Source: Eledone cirrhosa
Lineage: Eukaryota
Direction of reading: 5' to 3'
Length of the DNA: 64,000 nucleotides
NCBI GenBank assembly: GCA_964016885.1
Contig: OZ024745.1
Span: forward strand, 96,658,001 to 96,722,000
Within the stretch, counting starts at the first letter, position 1. Each line of letters opens with the position of its first letter. A program made the translations under genes and the position numbers. The notes below the pieces were generated by a model. The model ran no database searches and had not been told where the DNA came from. It worked only from the letters and a program-made list of their open reading frames with translations. Below, in pieces: positions 26,659-40,167 of this stretch.

Positions 26659-26964
26659 ATATAGATATATATATATTTAATACATTAACAGAGAAAGCTT
26701 TAAGCAATACACCGACCGGCTTCCGTCTCACTCAACAAACATTAGGATATACCTTAGTATAATCCCAATTATACGTTTGGGTGTTAACTATACGTATTTT
26801 GCGGATAGCCAGTTGTATTATTTTATATGAGACATAATTAAAATACATCTCTCTTTCCAAACGATCGTTTCATTATAAGTTTTCTACAAATTGGGAAAAT
26901 AATGTCCAGGTTCATATATATATATCTAAGGCGGGTAAAATTCCCGAGATCCATGGACCATATA

Positions 26965-27283
26965 TATGTATACAGACGTACAGTAGTATGTATATATATA
27001 CATACATGCACACACATATATATATGCACGTATCGGTTTACCGAACATTTATTATAATGCTCAGTTTCTTTGTTTGTAAACAAACAAACAGCCCGAATTA
27101 CGCCGTACAGTGTTTAGGCAACCACGTCACCCTTTTGCTCAACACTGACACAGGAACGATGTACTAGTTTCAAGCTTATTAGCTATCGTCAGCATCGTAT
27201 ACCTTCCTGCCAGATGGTTGAACGTCTGAAAGTATATACTTTCCTTATGCATATTAACGGCTGAGCAGCCTAATTTGCATATC
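26965..27283 (+). repeat. Unclassified dispersed repeat (other copies at 36631-36990 and 37119-37398)
   Basis: Shared AGGCAACCACGTCACC..CACAGGAACGATGTACTAGTTTCAAGCTT..ATTAACGGCTGAGCAGCCTAATTTGCATAT. Confidence 0.8.
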
Positions 27284-27399
27284 GATGGGACGAGTTCAGT
27301 CGAGTTGAAGATCCACAAGGTGAAACATGTGTCCTCGTAAATGGTTGGGGTCCAGAACCCAACGAGACTTAAGTACTTGTTTCGGTCATTGTTGTAACG

Positions 27400-27479
<80 letters not shown>

Positions 27480-27613
27480 GGGGTATATATTAAGATAAGC
27501 AGAACAAGTAAAATTCAACCAATTTTTCAAATTAATACCATCGAACAACCTTGAATCATAGACAACCTATGTATTTCTAGGGGTACTTAGTATCTTTGGA
27601 CATATTAACTTCA

Positions 27614-27655
<42 letters not shown>

Positions 27656-27656
<1 letters not shown>

Positions 27657-27826
27657 AAGGCGGGTAAAATTCCCGAGATCCATGGACCAGTTCTCTCCAG
27701 CGGTCTCTGTCCCTCATTATCGCTGCCATGTTCTGCGTCTCCAACAGACCAGTGTCTGTCCTTAGGGCATCAACATACGTTAACCTTGGTCTTCCTCTTC
27801 TAGTGTGTCCATGTAGGGGCTCCCAT
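27656..27826 (-). mobile_element. 5'-truncated RTE/RTE-X LINE 3' end with (AT)n tail
   Basis: Translates WEPLHGHTRRGRPRLTYVDALRTDTG..MRDRDRWRELV..*. The terminal ~34 bp is repeated at 26926-26960. Confidence 0.75.
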
Positions 27827-27834
27827 ATATGATG

Positions 27835-28090
27835 TGAAGGCGCATGGCTTAGTGGTTAGAGCATTGGTCTTGCAATCGAAAGGTTGTGAGCTCAATTCTC
27901 GGACCGGGTGATGTGTTGTTTCCTTAAGCAAGACACCTTATTTCACGTTGCTCCAGTTTACTCAGCTGTAGAAAAGAGTACCGGCCTGCTCGCCCAGCCA
28001 GTGGGATGGCGTTATCTTATGGCTAAAACAGCAGGACGTGCTGTGACCAGCGGCGCCGATTGGCGCCTGACAGACTGGTCGGTTAAGGTG

Positions 28091-28092
<2 letters not shown>
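27835..28092 (+). mobile_element. tRNA-derived SINE family B
   Basis: GGCGCATGGCTTAGTGGTTAGAGC (A box) and B-box-like GAGCTCAATTCTC; matches 29135-29245. Confidence 0.75.
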
Positions 28093-28132
<40 letters not shown>

Positions 28133-28479
28133 AGAGAGTTGGATTTTAAATAGTGAGATTGATTTCGATTCCCATACTGGGCGATGCGATATGTCCTTGA
28201 GCAAGACACTTTATTTCACGTTGCTTCTTCTGCTTGGAGTTGAGACCGACAGATAGTTTTAGCAATAGGAAATGCCAATGGAAACATTGTTTCCTCAGTC
28301 CGATTTGACGAGCTCCACCCCACTCGTAAAGCGAATTAGGTCTGAGATCTTGTCAATCGATTGTCGATATATGTATAAACAGATTGTCGATATATGTATC
28401 TAGACACGCATACACACACATACGTATGTACACACACATACGTATATACACACACATATGTATATACACACACGTTTAC

Positions 28480-28700
28480 TAATGATTTCTTATAGAGGCA
28501 CATGGCCAGTAATTTTGGGGGAGGGGAAAGTCAATTAAATCGACCCCAGTACGTTACTGGTACTTTATTTTATCAATCCCCGTAAGGATGAAAGGCAAAG
28601 TTAACCTCGGCGAGATTTGAACTCAGACCGTAAAGGGCCGTAACTCTATGCTGCAAAGCATGGCGTCCGACCCTCTACCGATACTGCCAATCCATCGCCC
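28480..28700 (-). mobile_element. SINE family A
   Basis: Full-length reverse-complement copy. Confidence 0.8.
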
Positions 28701-29134
28701 TAAACACACGTTTACTAATAGAAGGTAATTCACAGTTGGACTTGTGCTGTTATTACATGATGATGATGGAGGTGGTGGTGGTGGGATGATGTTGGTGGTG
28801 ATGGAGGTGGTGGTGATGGTAGTGATGGTGATAATGGTGGTGGTGATGGTAGTGGTGGTGGTGGTGATAATGGTGGTGGTGATGGTAGTGGTTATGGAGA
28901 ATTCCTGAACTTAAGATATTAACACTCGGACAATTTTACGACTTACGTTGGTTTGACAACGAATCTTCCAATAGTTCGAATAACAGAACAGCCTGCCACA
29001 GGGATTAACGTGCAGTCTTAATGTAATTCTCAGGGAGATCCAGTGTGTGACAAAGCTGGCCTTTTGAATTACTAGAATTTTTTTATCAACATGCTGACGA
29101 GTGTATGAGTATATTGGTATAGACGCGCAAACAT

Positions 29135-29245
29135 TGGGCTTGCAATCGAAAGGTTGTGAGTTCAATTCTCGGACCGGGTGATGTGTTGCTTCCTTGAGCA
29201 AGACACTTTATTTCATGTTGCTCCAGTTTACTCAGCTGTAGAAAT
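29135..29245 (+). mobile_element. SINE family B fragment
   Basis: Near-identical to 27862-27972. Confidence 0.7.
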
Positions 29246-30103
29246 GAGATGATAGGGACTGGGGTCCCTATCATTAAATTACCCAAGACACCTCCAACGA
29301 GATATACCTTGGAGGAGGCCAGCTAAACCTGCATAGGTGTGAGCTGACAAACAGACACACTTACAAAAATACACATTCACAGACATACAATCACACAAAT
29401 ATACTCGCACACACACACACACACACATACATTCATACACAGACACACAGACACACACATTCAGATACATAAACACAAACACACACAAACACACATACAT
29501 TCACATACACACACACACACACACAAACACACATACATTCACACAAAGACACACACACGCGCGCACACACACACACTCAAATACACATGCACACACACGC
29601 ATGCACACACACATACACACACACAAGGACACACACACATGCACAGACACATACACACACACTCACACAAACACATACATTCATCCAAAGACACACACAC
29701 ATGCACACACACGCACACACACACACACATTCACACACACACACGCGCGCATTGTGTAACGGACGGAAGTTGCTCACATTTATATAAAGATAACTACAGT
29801 CCTTTCGGTGAGTTTCTAAATAGTTTCCATTTCTTCCGAGATCGTCCTATACTTAACAATGATTGTGACGAGAACTTGTTAACCATTCGGCCATGTTGCT
29901 TCAACACTCTTAATCCAAATTCTATCGTTAGATTGCTATCGATCACGGGCAATTTCCTTCCATGTCAACCACTTTCTCTCTAGAGGCGCTGAATTGCTAG
30001 AATCATTCAAACATCAGACAGAATGCCTTGCGGTATTCATTCCGGCTTTCTCTCTTTTAAGTCCAAATCCTGCTGAGGCTCACAATGCCTTCTGACGACT
30101 ATT

Positions 30104-30143
<40 letters not shown>

Positions 30144-30248
30144 TATTTCTTTCTTTCTTTCTTTCTTTTATTCTCTCTACTCTTCCCTCAATTTATATCT
30201 CTCCTCTAACCCCCCTCATTCATTCTCTATCTATGTTTATCACTCTTC

Positions 30249-30289
<41 letters not shown>

Positions 30290-30705
30290 CCACTCTCTCT
30301 CCCCCCACACTCTCTCCCCACTCTCTTCCCCCCTCTCTCCAACTCTCTCCCCATTTCTCCCACCCTATCCCCACCCATTCTCCCCCACCCTCTCTCCCCC
30401 CTCCACACACTCTCTCACCCCCTCTCCCTCCTCTACTCGCCGTCTTTCTCTCATCTCTACCTCTCTCAACCTTGTGAAGTACAATCAATTTTTGTAAATC
30501 ACTTTTGGTCATTTTTAGCTAGGACTTTATTGGCGCTCCTTTGTATACTTTCCATTGTGGCGACCGGAGATTGCAGGAAAACCTGGAATGATCCATTTCA
30601 TGCGGTCGCTTCTTCTTTCCTTCCACGTCTTTCTGTCTGTCGGTCTATATATATATATATATATGTATATATATAAGATCAAAAGATGGTTAAAAGAGTT
30701 CCATG

Positions 30706-30776
30706 TATTTTATTATGCGCATTTCAAAAACAAATATCATCATGCGATAACATTTGCGTTTTCGTCAGATAAAATA
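30706..30776 (-). ncRNA. Hammerhead ribozyme (inverted-arm copy)
   Basis: Reverse complement of 30887-30957. Confidence 0.8.
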
Positions 30777-30886
30777 GGGAGACATGATATGAAGGTTAAA
30801 AAACACTTGTGAATAGTGCAGTTTTAAATCAACATTTAAAACTGAACTATTCACAAGTGTTTTTTAACCTTCATATCATGTCTCCC

Positions 30887-30957
30887 TATTTTATCTGACG
30901 AAAACGCAAATGTTATCGCATGATGATATTTGTTTTTGAAATGCGCATAATAAAATA
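30887..30957 (+). ncRNA. Minimal type-I hammerhead ribozyme
   Basis: TATTTTAT-CTGACGA-AAAC GCAAATGTTATC GCAT GATGATATTTGT TTTT-GAAA-TGCGC-ATA-ATAAAATA: perfect 8-bp stem I, long stem II, palindromic ATGCGCAT stem III. Confidence 0.85.
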
Positions 30958-31082
30958 CATGGAACTCTTTTAACCATCTTTTAATCTTATATATATTATG
31001 TATACTCCAGTCCTACAAACTGTAGAGTGCTACTTATCCGATATCTGCATTGCTTTATTGTACTACAATAAAACTCACCTCC

Positions 31083-31144
<62 letters not shown>

Positions 31145-31171
31145 TACACACACACACACACACACACAGAC

Positions 31172-31204
<33 letters not shown>

Positions 31205-31677
31205 TATATATATATGTATCCGTGTATGTGTGTGTGTGTGTGTGTGTTAGTCTGTCTGTCTCTCTATATATATCTTTGTATCTATTTATCTCTCTCTCTC
31301 CCTCTTTATCTCTAAATCAGCTATTTTGAAGGGACCAAGAAAAAAGCGTTTACCTCGCATCCTTACTAATCCTTTCACCATGAATCTGAAGAATCGCTAG
31401 AAAGGAAATACATCGCCATAACAGCGCAACAGAATTTTCTGAAAGAATTCATGAAATTGTCAGATAGTTAAAGCTACTTTATTATTTGATCTTCATGCTA
31501 ACGGTTAGCTTGCATAAAAAAACTTCCCTCACACATTCATACATTCACACACTCACACGCAGCACCACCGACAACAACAGCAACAGCAACAGCAAAAAAG
31601 AACGTTTGTTCTCGTAGAAATAGCAACGACATCTCCCATGTATTAAATGTTACCATCATAAAGAGAGAATAAAATTA

Positions 31678-32632
31678 TCTGGTCTGGTCTGGTCTAGTCT
31701 GGTGTGGTCTGTTCTGGTCTGGTCTGGTGTGGTCTAGTCTGGTCTGGTCTGGTCTGGTCTGGTCTGGTCTGGTCTGGTCTGGTCTGGTCTGGTCTGGTCT
31801 GGTCTGGTCTGGTCTGGTCTGGTCTAGTCTGGTCTGGTCTGGTCTGGTCTTGTCTGGTCTGGTCTGGTCTGGTCTAGTCTAGTCTGGTCTGGTGTGGTCT
31901 GGTCTGGTCTGGTCTAGTCTAGTCTGGTCTAGTCTGGTCTGGTCTGGTCTGGTCTGGTCTGGTCTGGTCTGGTGTGGTCTGGTCTGGTCTGGTCTGGTCT
32001 GGTCTGGTCTGGTGTGGTCTGGTCTAGTCTAGTCTGATTTGGGCTGTCTGGTCTGGTGTGGTCTTGTCTGGTCTGGTCTAGTCTGGTGTGGTCTGGTCTG
32101 GTCTGGTCTGGTGTGGTCTGGTCTGGTCTGGTCTGGTGTGGTCTGGTCTGGTCTGGTCTAGTCTGGTTTGGGCGGTCTGGTCTGGTCTAGTCTGGTCTGG
32201 TCTGGTCTAGTCTAGTCTGGTCTGGGTGCTCTGGTCTGGTGTGGTCTTGTCTGGTCTGGTCTGGTCTAGTCTGGTCTGGTCTGGTCTGGTCTGGCCTGGT
32301 CTGGTTTGGTCTGGTCTAGTCTGGTCTGGTCTGGTCTAGTCTCGTCTGATCTGGGTGGTCTGGTTTGGTGTGGTCTTGTCTGGTCTGGTCTAATCTGGTC
32401 TGGTCTAGTCTGGTCTGGTCTGGTCTAGTCTGGTCTGTTCTGGTCTGGTCTGGTCTAGTCTAGTCTGGTCTGGGTGGTCTGGTCTGGTGTGGTCTAGCCT
32501 GGTCTGGTCTAGTCTGGTCTGGTCTGGTCTGGTCTGGTTTAGTCTGGTCTAGTCTGGTCTGTTCCGGTCTGGTCCGGTCTGGTTTGGTGAGATCTGGTTT
32601 GGTGAGATCTAGTTTAGTCTGGTCTATTCTAG
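31678..32632. repeat. (TCTGG)n pentanucleotide array
   Basis: ~950 bp of direct GGTCT repeats. Confidence 0.95.
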
Positions 32633-32699
32633 TCCCTTCCCATCCTCATTGCTGAGGGTTGGGGACCACTGCCCATCGGAACCGGCATCAAGGGATCCA

Positions 32700-34296
32700 G
32701 GCACCTCATTGTGAAGCTTGACATGAGGAATGCCTTCAACTCTTTACGCCGGGATCATCTGCTTGAGGCCTGCCTCAGCCAAGACCTATCTGCCTACCCG
32801 CTGTCCTACCTGTCGTATACCCTCTCAACGTTTGGTATCTGGATGATGCTACGTTGGGCGGGCCCGTATGGACGGTCTGCCATGACCTTCAATCGGTGGT
32901 TCCTGCCCTGGCGGGAATCGGCCTCCAGGTCAACTCGGCCATATCAGAAGTGGTGAATGTCAGCCTCGATGCTGCGAGCTTTACAGCCTCTGTCTTGGAC
33001 GTGCGGTCCATTCTCCGCTAGGTTCAGGTGACCCCCAAATAGGATGTCCTCATCCTCGGGTCACCGATCCACCCGCCGGCCATCCGCCCACCATCAGGTC
33101 CAGGCTTCAACAGCTCTAGACTCTCACGAGCCAACTGTTCGCCATGCCGAAGCTCCTCTATACACTCCGCAGCGCTCCGTGCTACACCCAGACATCTCTC
33201 CTCGCTGTAGCCGAGCAGCAGCCGAGAAGATATGCAACGTCAAGTTTGACGACATAGGGGGGCACCAGGCCACTTTACCTGTCAGGTATGGCGGCCTTGG
33301 CCTCCGGTCCCCGATCTCACTAGCTTTGCCGGCATATCTATCGTCGGTAACCTGTGTGTCGTCCTCGTCAGCAGGGTTCTTCAAAACACAACAGAACCCT
33401 CTGTGTTCAGAGAACGTGAGACCACATGTGAGACGTGGGACCGGCTGCGATTTAGCCCAGTAGAAGTCCCTCCTCCTTCTCACCCTGTTGACGTCAAGTC
33501 CCCCCAACGCACTTGGGATGCCACCCAGTGCAGCCTGGCCTCAGACAGGCTCAGACGCCAGCTCGACCAGCACCGCCTTGCTTGTTTTCGTGCGGCCTCC
33601 AAACCCCACAGTGGTGCCTGGCTCCATGCCCTGCCCGCCTTCTCCACTGGCACACAGATAAACAACCATAGCCTGCGCATCGGCGTTTCCCTTAGGCTCG
33701 GCCTCCGGATTTGCCAGCCACACCAATGTCTCTGCGGTTCCACCGTGTACTCTTTCGGCCTCCACCCGCTTTGCTGTCGCCACAGTGCCGGTCGCATTCC
33801 ACGCATGCTGCCCTCAATGAGGTCATTAAGCATGGCTTGGACGCTGCAGGCTTCCCTTCCCAGCTGAGCCGGTGGGGCTGGATCGAGGGGACGGCAAAAG
33901 GCCAGATGGCATGACCATCTTCCCGTTCCGCGGTGGCAAACCCCTCGTCTGGGATGCCACTTGCACCGACACTTTCTGCAGCCGCAACCTGGTGCAGTCT
34001 GCGACTGACCCAGGTTCTCTGCTGCACATCGGGATAAGGGGACCAAACTCCTCAAATACCGGTCGCTCTCCGACAGGTTTGCGGTCGTACCCCCGGCAGT
34101 GGAGACTTCTGGTGTCCTCTGCCCCAGGGCTACCTCCTTACACACCACCATAGGCGCTGAGCTGGCCAGCCGCAGGTGTGAGCCCCGCGAGTTGGAGTGG
34201 CTTTTCCAGCGCGTCTCCCTTGCCGTCCTCCGGAGAAACGCCTTCTCCATTCTGTCCGCCGGGGCTGTGGGTGGGCCCCATCGCGTACCGTTGTAG
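32700..34296 (+). mobile_element. Degenerate CRE-clade non-LTR retrotransposon (RT remnant, CCHC, RLE)
   Basis: Frameshifted pieces KLDMRNAFNSLRR, WYLDDATLG, QATLPVRYGGLGLR, HSGAWLHALP, CLCG..HPLCC, KRPDG..DATC, ETSG..FQRVSLAVLRRNA. Confidence 0.85.
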
Positions 34297-34699
34297 TTGT
34301 TGTAGAAGAAATAGGAAGACAACAAATGGAAAGTTTGATTTTCTACTTTCTATAATTATCGTCGCGACGATAAAAATAAAGATAGGATTGTCACGGCTAG
34401 AACGCCTTTAGTCATAAGTTTGCTCAATCAGTATTCACCACGACCAAGAACAACCATCTTCTACAATAGTATAGTTAATTTATAAATATAGATGTGTAAT
34501 GAGATGGTTTTTTGTCTCCTTGCAGGCACGGGATAGACGAATGTTTAAGACAAAGGTTCTCAAACTATTGGGGCCATGACCCCACCCCACTCACGGCCAC
34601 GTAATACCACCAGCACCCCCACCCCTATTTCCAGAGAGACCTGCCTACACGCAAATTGTAAATAATATATATTAAAAAAAATCATTAATTTATATATAA

Positions 34700-35031
34700 T
34701 AAATAATTGTTTCTACTTTAGGCACAAGGCCAGCAATTACCTAGTACATTACTGGTACTTTATTTTATCGACCCCGTAAGGATGAAAGGCAAAGTTAACC
34801 TCGACGGGATTTGAACTCAGACTGTAAAGGGATGTAACTATGCTAGAAAGCATGGTGTCCGACGCTCTACCGATTATGCCAATTATACTATGTATAAATG
34901 GATATTATATTCTTTTATTTTATTATATTTATATATATGTATTATTTTATATTTGATATACTATTATATCCTCTCTACTTTTCGTATACACACACACACA
35001 CCCTCACTCACGCACGCACGCACATACACAC

Positions 35032-35105
<74 letters not shown>

Positions 35106-35845
35106 GTAAATAAACATTTGAAAATCGACTAAGTTGAAATGCTCAGAAAATGTAAAAAATCTGGAATGCTGGAAAAAAGCTCTGAACACAGCTTAGAAAA
35201 TCGGGTACCCCTATTGACTGAAAAATTAGCCACTACAGAGAATCGAACTCTGTATTTCTCAAATTCCGGAATTTGACTATTATGACTATTTCTGTATACC
35301 CATCTGTATATTCTAAAATAATGATTTCTACTTTAGGCACAAAGCCAGCAATTTTGGGGGAGGGGAACGTCGATTAAATTAACCCCAGTACATTACTAGT
35401 ACTTTATTTTATCGACCCCGTAAGGATGAAAGACAAAGACAACCTCGGGCGGATTTGAATTCAGAACTTAAAGGGCCATAACTCTCTGCTGCAAAGCATG
35501 GTGTCTGACACACTAACGATACTGTTTGTATACTGCCCTCTGTATATTTTAAAATAATAATAATTTCCTTACGTTGTTTACTTCGAATTTCCATGTAAAA
35601 AGAGAACATGAAGAGCATGTTCAAATCATTAGTAATATCGGAAGAGCACCGGAAGCATGCTTTGCGGCATATAGTTACGGCCCTTTACGTTCTGAGTTTA
35701 AATCCTGTCAAGGTTACCTTTGCCTTTTATCCTTACAGGGTCGATAAAATAAAGTACCAGCAATTCACTAGAAACGACTTTAATCAACTTCCCTTCCCCC
35801 TTCAAATTTTTGGCCTTGTGCCAAAAGTAAAAATAACTATTATAT
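34700..35845. mobile_element. Three SINE family A copies (34700-34885 -, 35320-35525 -, 35630-35845 +)
   Basis: Same motifs as 5230-5865. Confidence 0.75.
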
Positions 35846-35992
35846 ATAGATATCTATAAATAACTATTATATATATAACTATTATATGTAGATATCATCT
35901 ATCTATCTATCTATATATGTAAATAATATATATAGATATATATCTATCTACATATATATATAAATAAATATTATATATAGATATAAATAACT

Positions 35993-36056
<64 letters not shown>

Positions 36057-36094
36057 ACATACCGCCTACGGAAGCACTATAGCTATCACTATAC

Positions 36095-36167
<73 letters not shown>

Positions 36168-36170
<3 letters not shown>

Positions 36171-36341
36171 ATAGGAACGAGTAGGACCCCGACGGCTGAG
36201 CTCAAGTCCAGAATTAGCCGTCGAAACGGCTTGAGCTCAGCCGTCGGGGTCCTACTCGTTCCTATTACCCACTCTACTACCCTATGTATTGAGTACTTTG
36301 GTGCGTTATGGTCCACCTGGTTCCTTACCACATTTCCTCCG

Positions 36342-36342
<1 letters not shown>
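36168..36342 (+). mobile_element. Short palindromic PLE-like remnant
   Basis: Arms 36168-36206 and 36230-36268. Hammerhead 3' half GAAA-CGGCT..AGCCG-TC. CACTC(36270)..GAGTACT(36291). Flanked by (AG)n and (TA)n. Confidence 0.7.
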
Positions 36343-36406
<64 letters not shown>

Positions 36407-36599
36407 TACACTCGTGTCCCCTCTATTTATGTGTCCCAACGACTTTTTTTAGTCGTTACTCGCACCAACCGGAGGTATATAGTCTTTAAAGCGATGAAAT
36501 ACCAAAGATGGTTGGAAGATCACTGATGAAGGACTAACTTTATTCATATGTAACCCATTAGCAACCCCGCAGCACGTTTATTTCATATATATATATATA

Positions 36600-37429
<830 letters not shown>

Positions 37430-37433
<4 letters not shown>

Positions 37434-37575
37434 ATAATAATAAATTTGAAGACTAAAATCGAAAGAGGGCTCGATAAGGATAAATATATATCAAATATAT
37501 AAGAACCATTGACCAAATATTTATTAAAATAACAGATTAAAGTTTAAGCAAAGAATCTGTTATTTTAATAAATAT
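37430..37575 (-). mobile_element. Minus-oriented short palindromic PLE-like remnant
   Basis: 22-bp arms 37517-37538 and 37554-37575, homologous to 26509-26545. Minus-strand GGTTC..GAGCCCT hairpin variant. Confidence 0.55.
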
Positions 37576-37592
37576 ATATATATATTATAAAT

Positions 37593-38003
37593 GATATTAA
37601 TAAATGGAAACTATATTTATAAAACCATATTTATTCTATTATATATATTTCAAGGGTACCAAAACTTTCGTACGTTCTCATCAGATAAAATACAAAGTTT
37701 GTTTTATAAATATTGACATATCCAGGAACGGGATCTTAAGGGTTCAAGTTGTTCCTGGATAGTCTATCCAGGAAAAACTTCTTCCTGGATATGTCAATAT
37801 AAAACAAACTTTGTATTTTATCTGATGAGAACGTACCAAAGTTTTGGTACCCTTGAAATATATATAATAGAATAAATATAGTTTTATAAATATAGTTTCC
37901 ATTTATTAATATTATACTCCAGAAAATCTGTCGAGTGCTTTGAATCAGTTATAAATATATATATATTTGTTGAATTACCAACAAATTAAATATCCCTTTG
38001 CTT
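37593..38003 (+). mobile_element. ~320 bp palindromic PLE-like remnant (same family as 21545) with a hammerhead in each arm
   Basis: Inverted repeat 37594-37912. Plus hammerhead 37814-37874: TATTTTAT-CTGATGA..GTACC..GGTAC..GAAA-TATAT-ATA-ATAGAATA. Minus copy 37632-37692. TACTC(37915)..GAGTGCT(37933). Confidence 0.85.
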
Positions 38004-38439
38004 ATATATATATATTATATATAGATATATAAATCTATAAATATCTATTATTTATGGATATATTTATAATTATATCATTGTTCTAAACCTGAATTTTGAA
38101 ATTCATTTCTACTCAGCTCTTTCCATCATTTTCCAAACGAAATATTTTTGTTAGTTTTTCTTCCTATAATTACTATAGCAACTAATTCCTGTAAGTTAAA
38201 TTTAGATTCTGTTTTTAATATTTCTTTCTGTAAAGTCTTTTTCAACGAAGAGTAGGTGTTGTTGTGTTATTGATATTTTCAATTCATACCTCATGGTTTC
38301 CGTATATACACTGGTGTTGTTGAATCTCCATTGTTTCTGACGTCAAATTCTCCAGTTGATTCTATCAATGGAATTGCCTGCTTGTGAAATTCACGAACAA
38401 ATGTTTGAGAATTCCACAGATGCGTCTACTCTTAATATA

Positions 38440-38560
38440 GTTCTCTGAGTGGACTGAAGCAACATGAAATAAAGTGTCATGCTCAAGGGTTCAGTGTGGT
38501 CTAGGAATCGAACTCACAATTCTACGATTGTGAGCGCAGCACGCTAACCATTAGGCCAAA
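38440..38560 (-). mobile_element. tRNA-derived SINE family B fragment
   Basis: Minus: TGGCCTAATGGTTAGCGTGCTGCGCTCACAATCG..GAGTTCGATTCC. Confidence 0.65.
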
Positions 38561-38896
38561 CACCAATGTATATAATCAGAAAAATTAACGTACGAGTAAC
38601 CATGCATTTTCCAAGAAGGTATAACACGTCCACCATATTTATCTATGATCGTCTGATTGCTAGAAACATGGTCGTGCCCTGAGAGGTTGTTGAATATATT
38701 GTGTAGTTATAAATATGTAACTTGATTATATGTGAAGTGTCTCTTTGTTTTATCTGTACTTATATATGTTTATATTACTATTCTAAACCTGACTTTTGTT
38801 CATTTTATTCATTTCTCTCTTAATCATTTTGCACAAAAGGAATATTGTCGATCTAATTGCGAATTATTTCTACCTACAACTATCACTACTACCTCC

Positions 38897-38944
<48 letters not shown>

Positions 38945-39017
38945 GTCTATCTATCTATCTATCTATCTTTCCCTCCCTATCTTTCTCTCTCACTCCCCTT
39001 CTCCCTAACTCTCTCTT

Positions 39018-39053
<36 letters not shown>

Positions 39054-39074
39054 GCTTTCTCCCTCTCTCTATAA

Positions 39075-39104
<30 letters not shown>

Positions 39105-39108
<4 letters not shown>

Positions 39109-39282
39109 TTAATATAGATGAGATTCTACAGGACTAGAACTGTTTCATTCTTTAGAAATCATTAGGAATCTGGGTATCAAAAAATAAATATGGTATTTAT
39201 AGGTCTCTTCAGGTGGTAGGAGAGGGTTACCTCTTCAGGTGGTAGAAGGGGGTTACCTCCGATTCAACCCGGAATAACGTAC
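39105..39282 (+). mobile_element. PLE-like remnant of the 13825 family (inverted arm plus tail; direct arm lost)
   Basis: Start matches 13825 at the same base. Hammerhead core mutated (CTAATGA). Tail GGTTACCTCCGATTCAACCCGGAATAACGTAC. Confidence 0.75.
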
Positions 39283-39544
39283 TATATATATATATAATTT
39301 CATAATATGTAATATATACATGTAAATACATATATCATACAATGAAGTGAAATCATATGTAAACATAACCCTTTCCACGCTACACACATATACACCCACC
39401 CCAGTAGCCTGCACTATTACCACCACCACCGCCACCACCATATCTTAGTACATTATTAAGTTGGAAGAGCGCGAAAATCAATAACAACTGTAATTAATGT
39501 TGAATTTTGTTTATTTCTTCCTTAAGGCTGATTAACATTGAGGA

Positions 39545-40034
39545 ATAGGTGGAGGTGGTTGGTAGTGGTGGTGGTGGTGGTGGTGGTGGTGGTGGTGGTG
39601 GTGGTGGTGGTGGTGGTAGTAGAAGTGGTGGTGGTGGTGGTAGTAGTAGAGGTGGTGGTGATAGTGGTGGTGGTAGTAAAGGTAGTGGAGGTGGTGGTGG
39701 TGTGGTGGTGGTAGTGGTAGTAGTAGAGGTGGTGGTAGTAGTAGTAGAGGTGGTGGTGATAGTGGTGGTGGTAGTAAAGGTAGTGGAGGTGGTGGTGGTA
39801 GTGGTGGTGGTAGTGGTAGTAGTAGAGGTGGTGGTAGTAGTAGTAGAGGTGGTGGTGATAGTGGTGGTGGTGGTGGTGGTGGTAGTAGAGCTAGTGGAGG
39901 AGGTGGTGGTGGTAGTGGTGGTAGAGGTGGTAGTAGTGGTGATGGTGGTGGTGGTAGTGGTGGTGGTGGTAGTGGAGGTGGTGCTGGTAGTGGTGGTGCT
40001 GGTAGTGGTGGTGCTGGTGGTGGTGGTGGTGGTG

Positions 40035-40065
<31 letters not shown>

Positions 40066-40116
40066 CAATAGTAGTTGTAGTGGTGGCGGTGGTGGAAGTA
40101 GTAGTAGTAGTAGTAA

Positions 40117-40167
<51 letters not shown>

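Larger units (their letters stand above)
30667..31085 (+). mobile_element. ~330 bp palindromic Penelope-like pseudo-LTR remnant in (TA)n
   Basis: Inverted repeat ~30667-30996 with a 4-nt loop at 30830-30833. TACTC(31003)..GAGTGCT(31025), then a tail. Confidence 0.85.

Noticed and set aside
27835-27910. tRNA gene
   Set aside because: tRNA-like SINE head with no acceptor stem; it continues into the SINE body.
36520-36590. CTGATGA motif in a (TA)n-flanked island
   Set aside because: No downstream GAAA or stems completing a hammerhead.
38290-38377. Minus-strand exon candidate (also 30471-30580)
   Set aside because: Stop codons in all three frames between the apparent splice sites.
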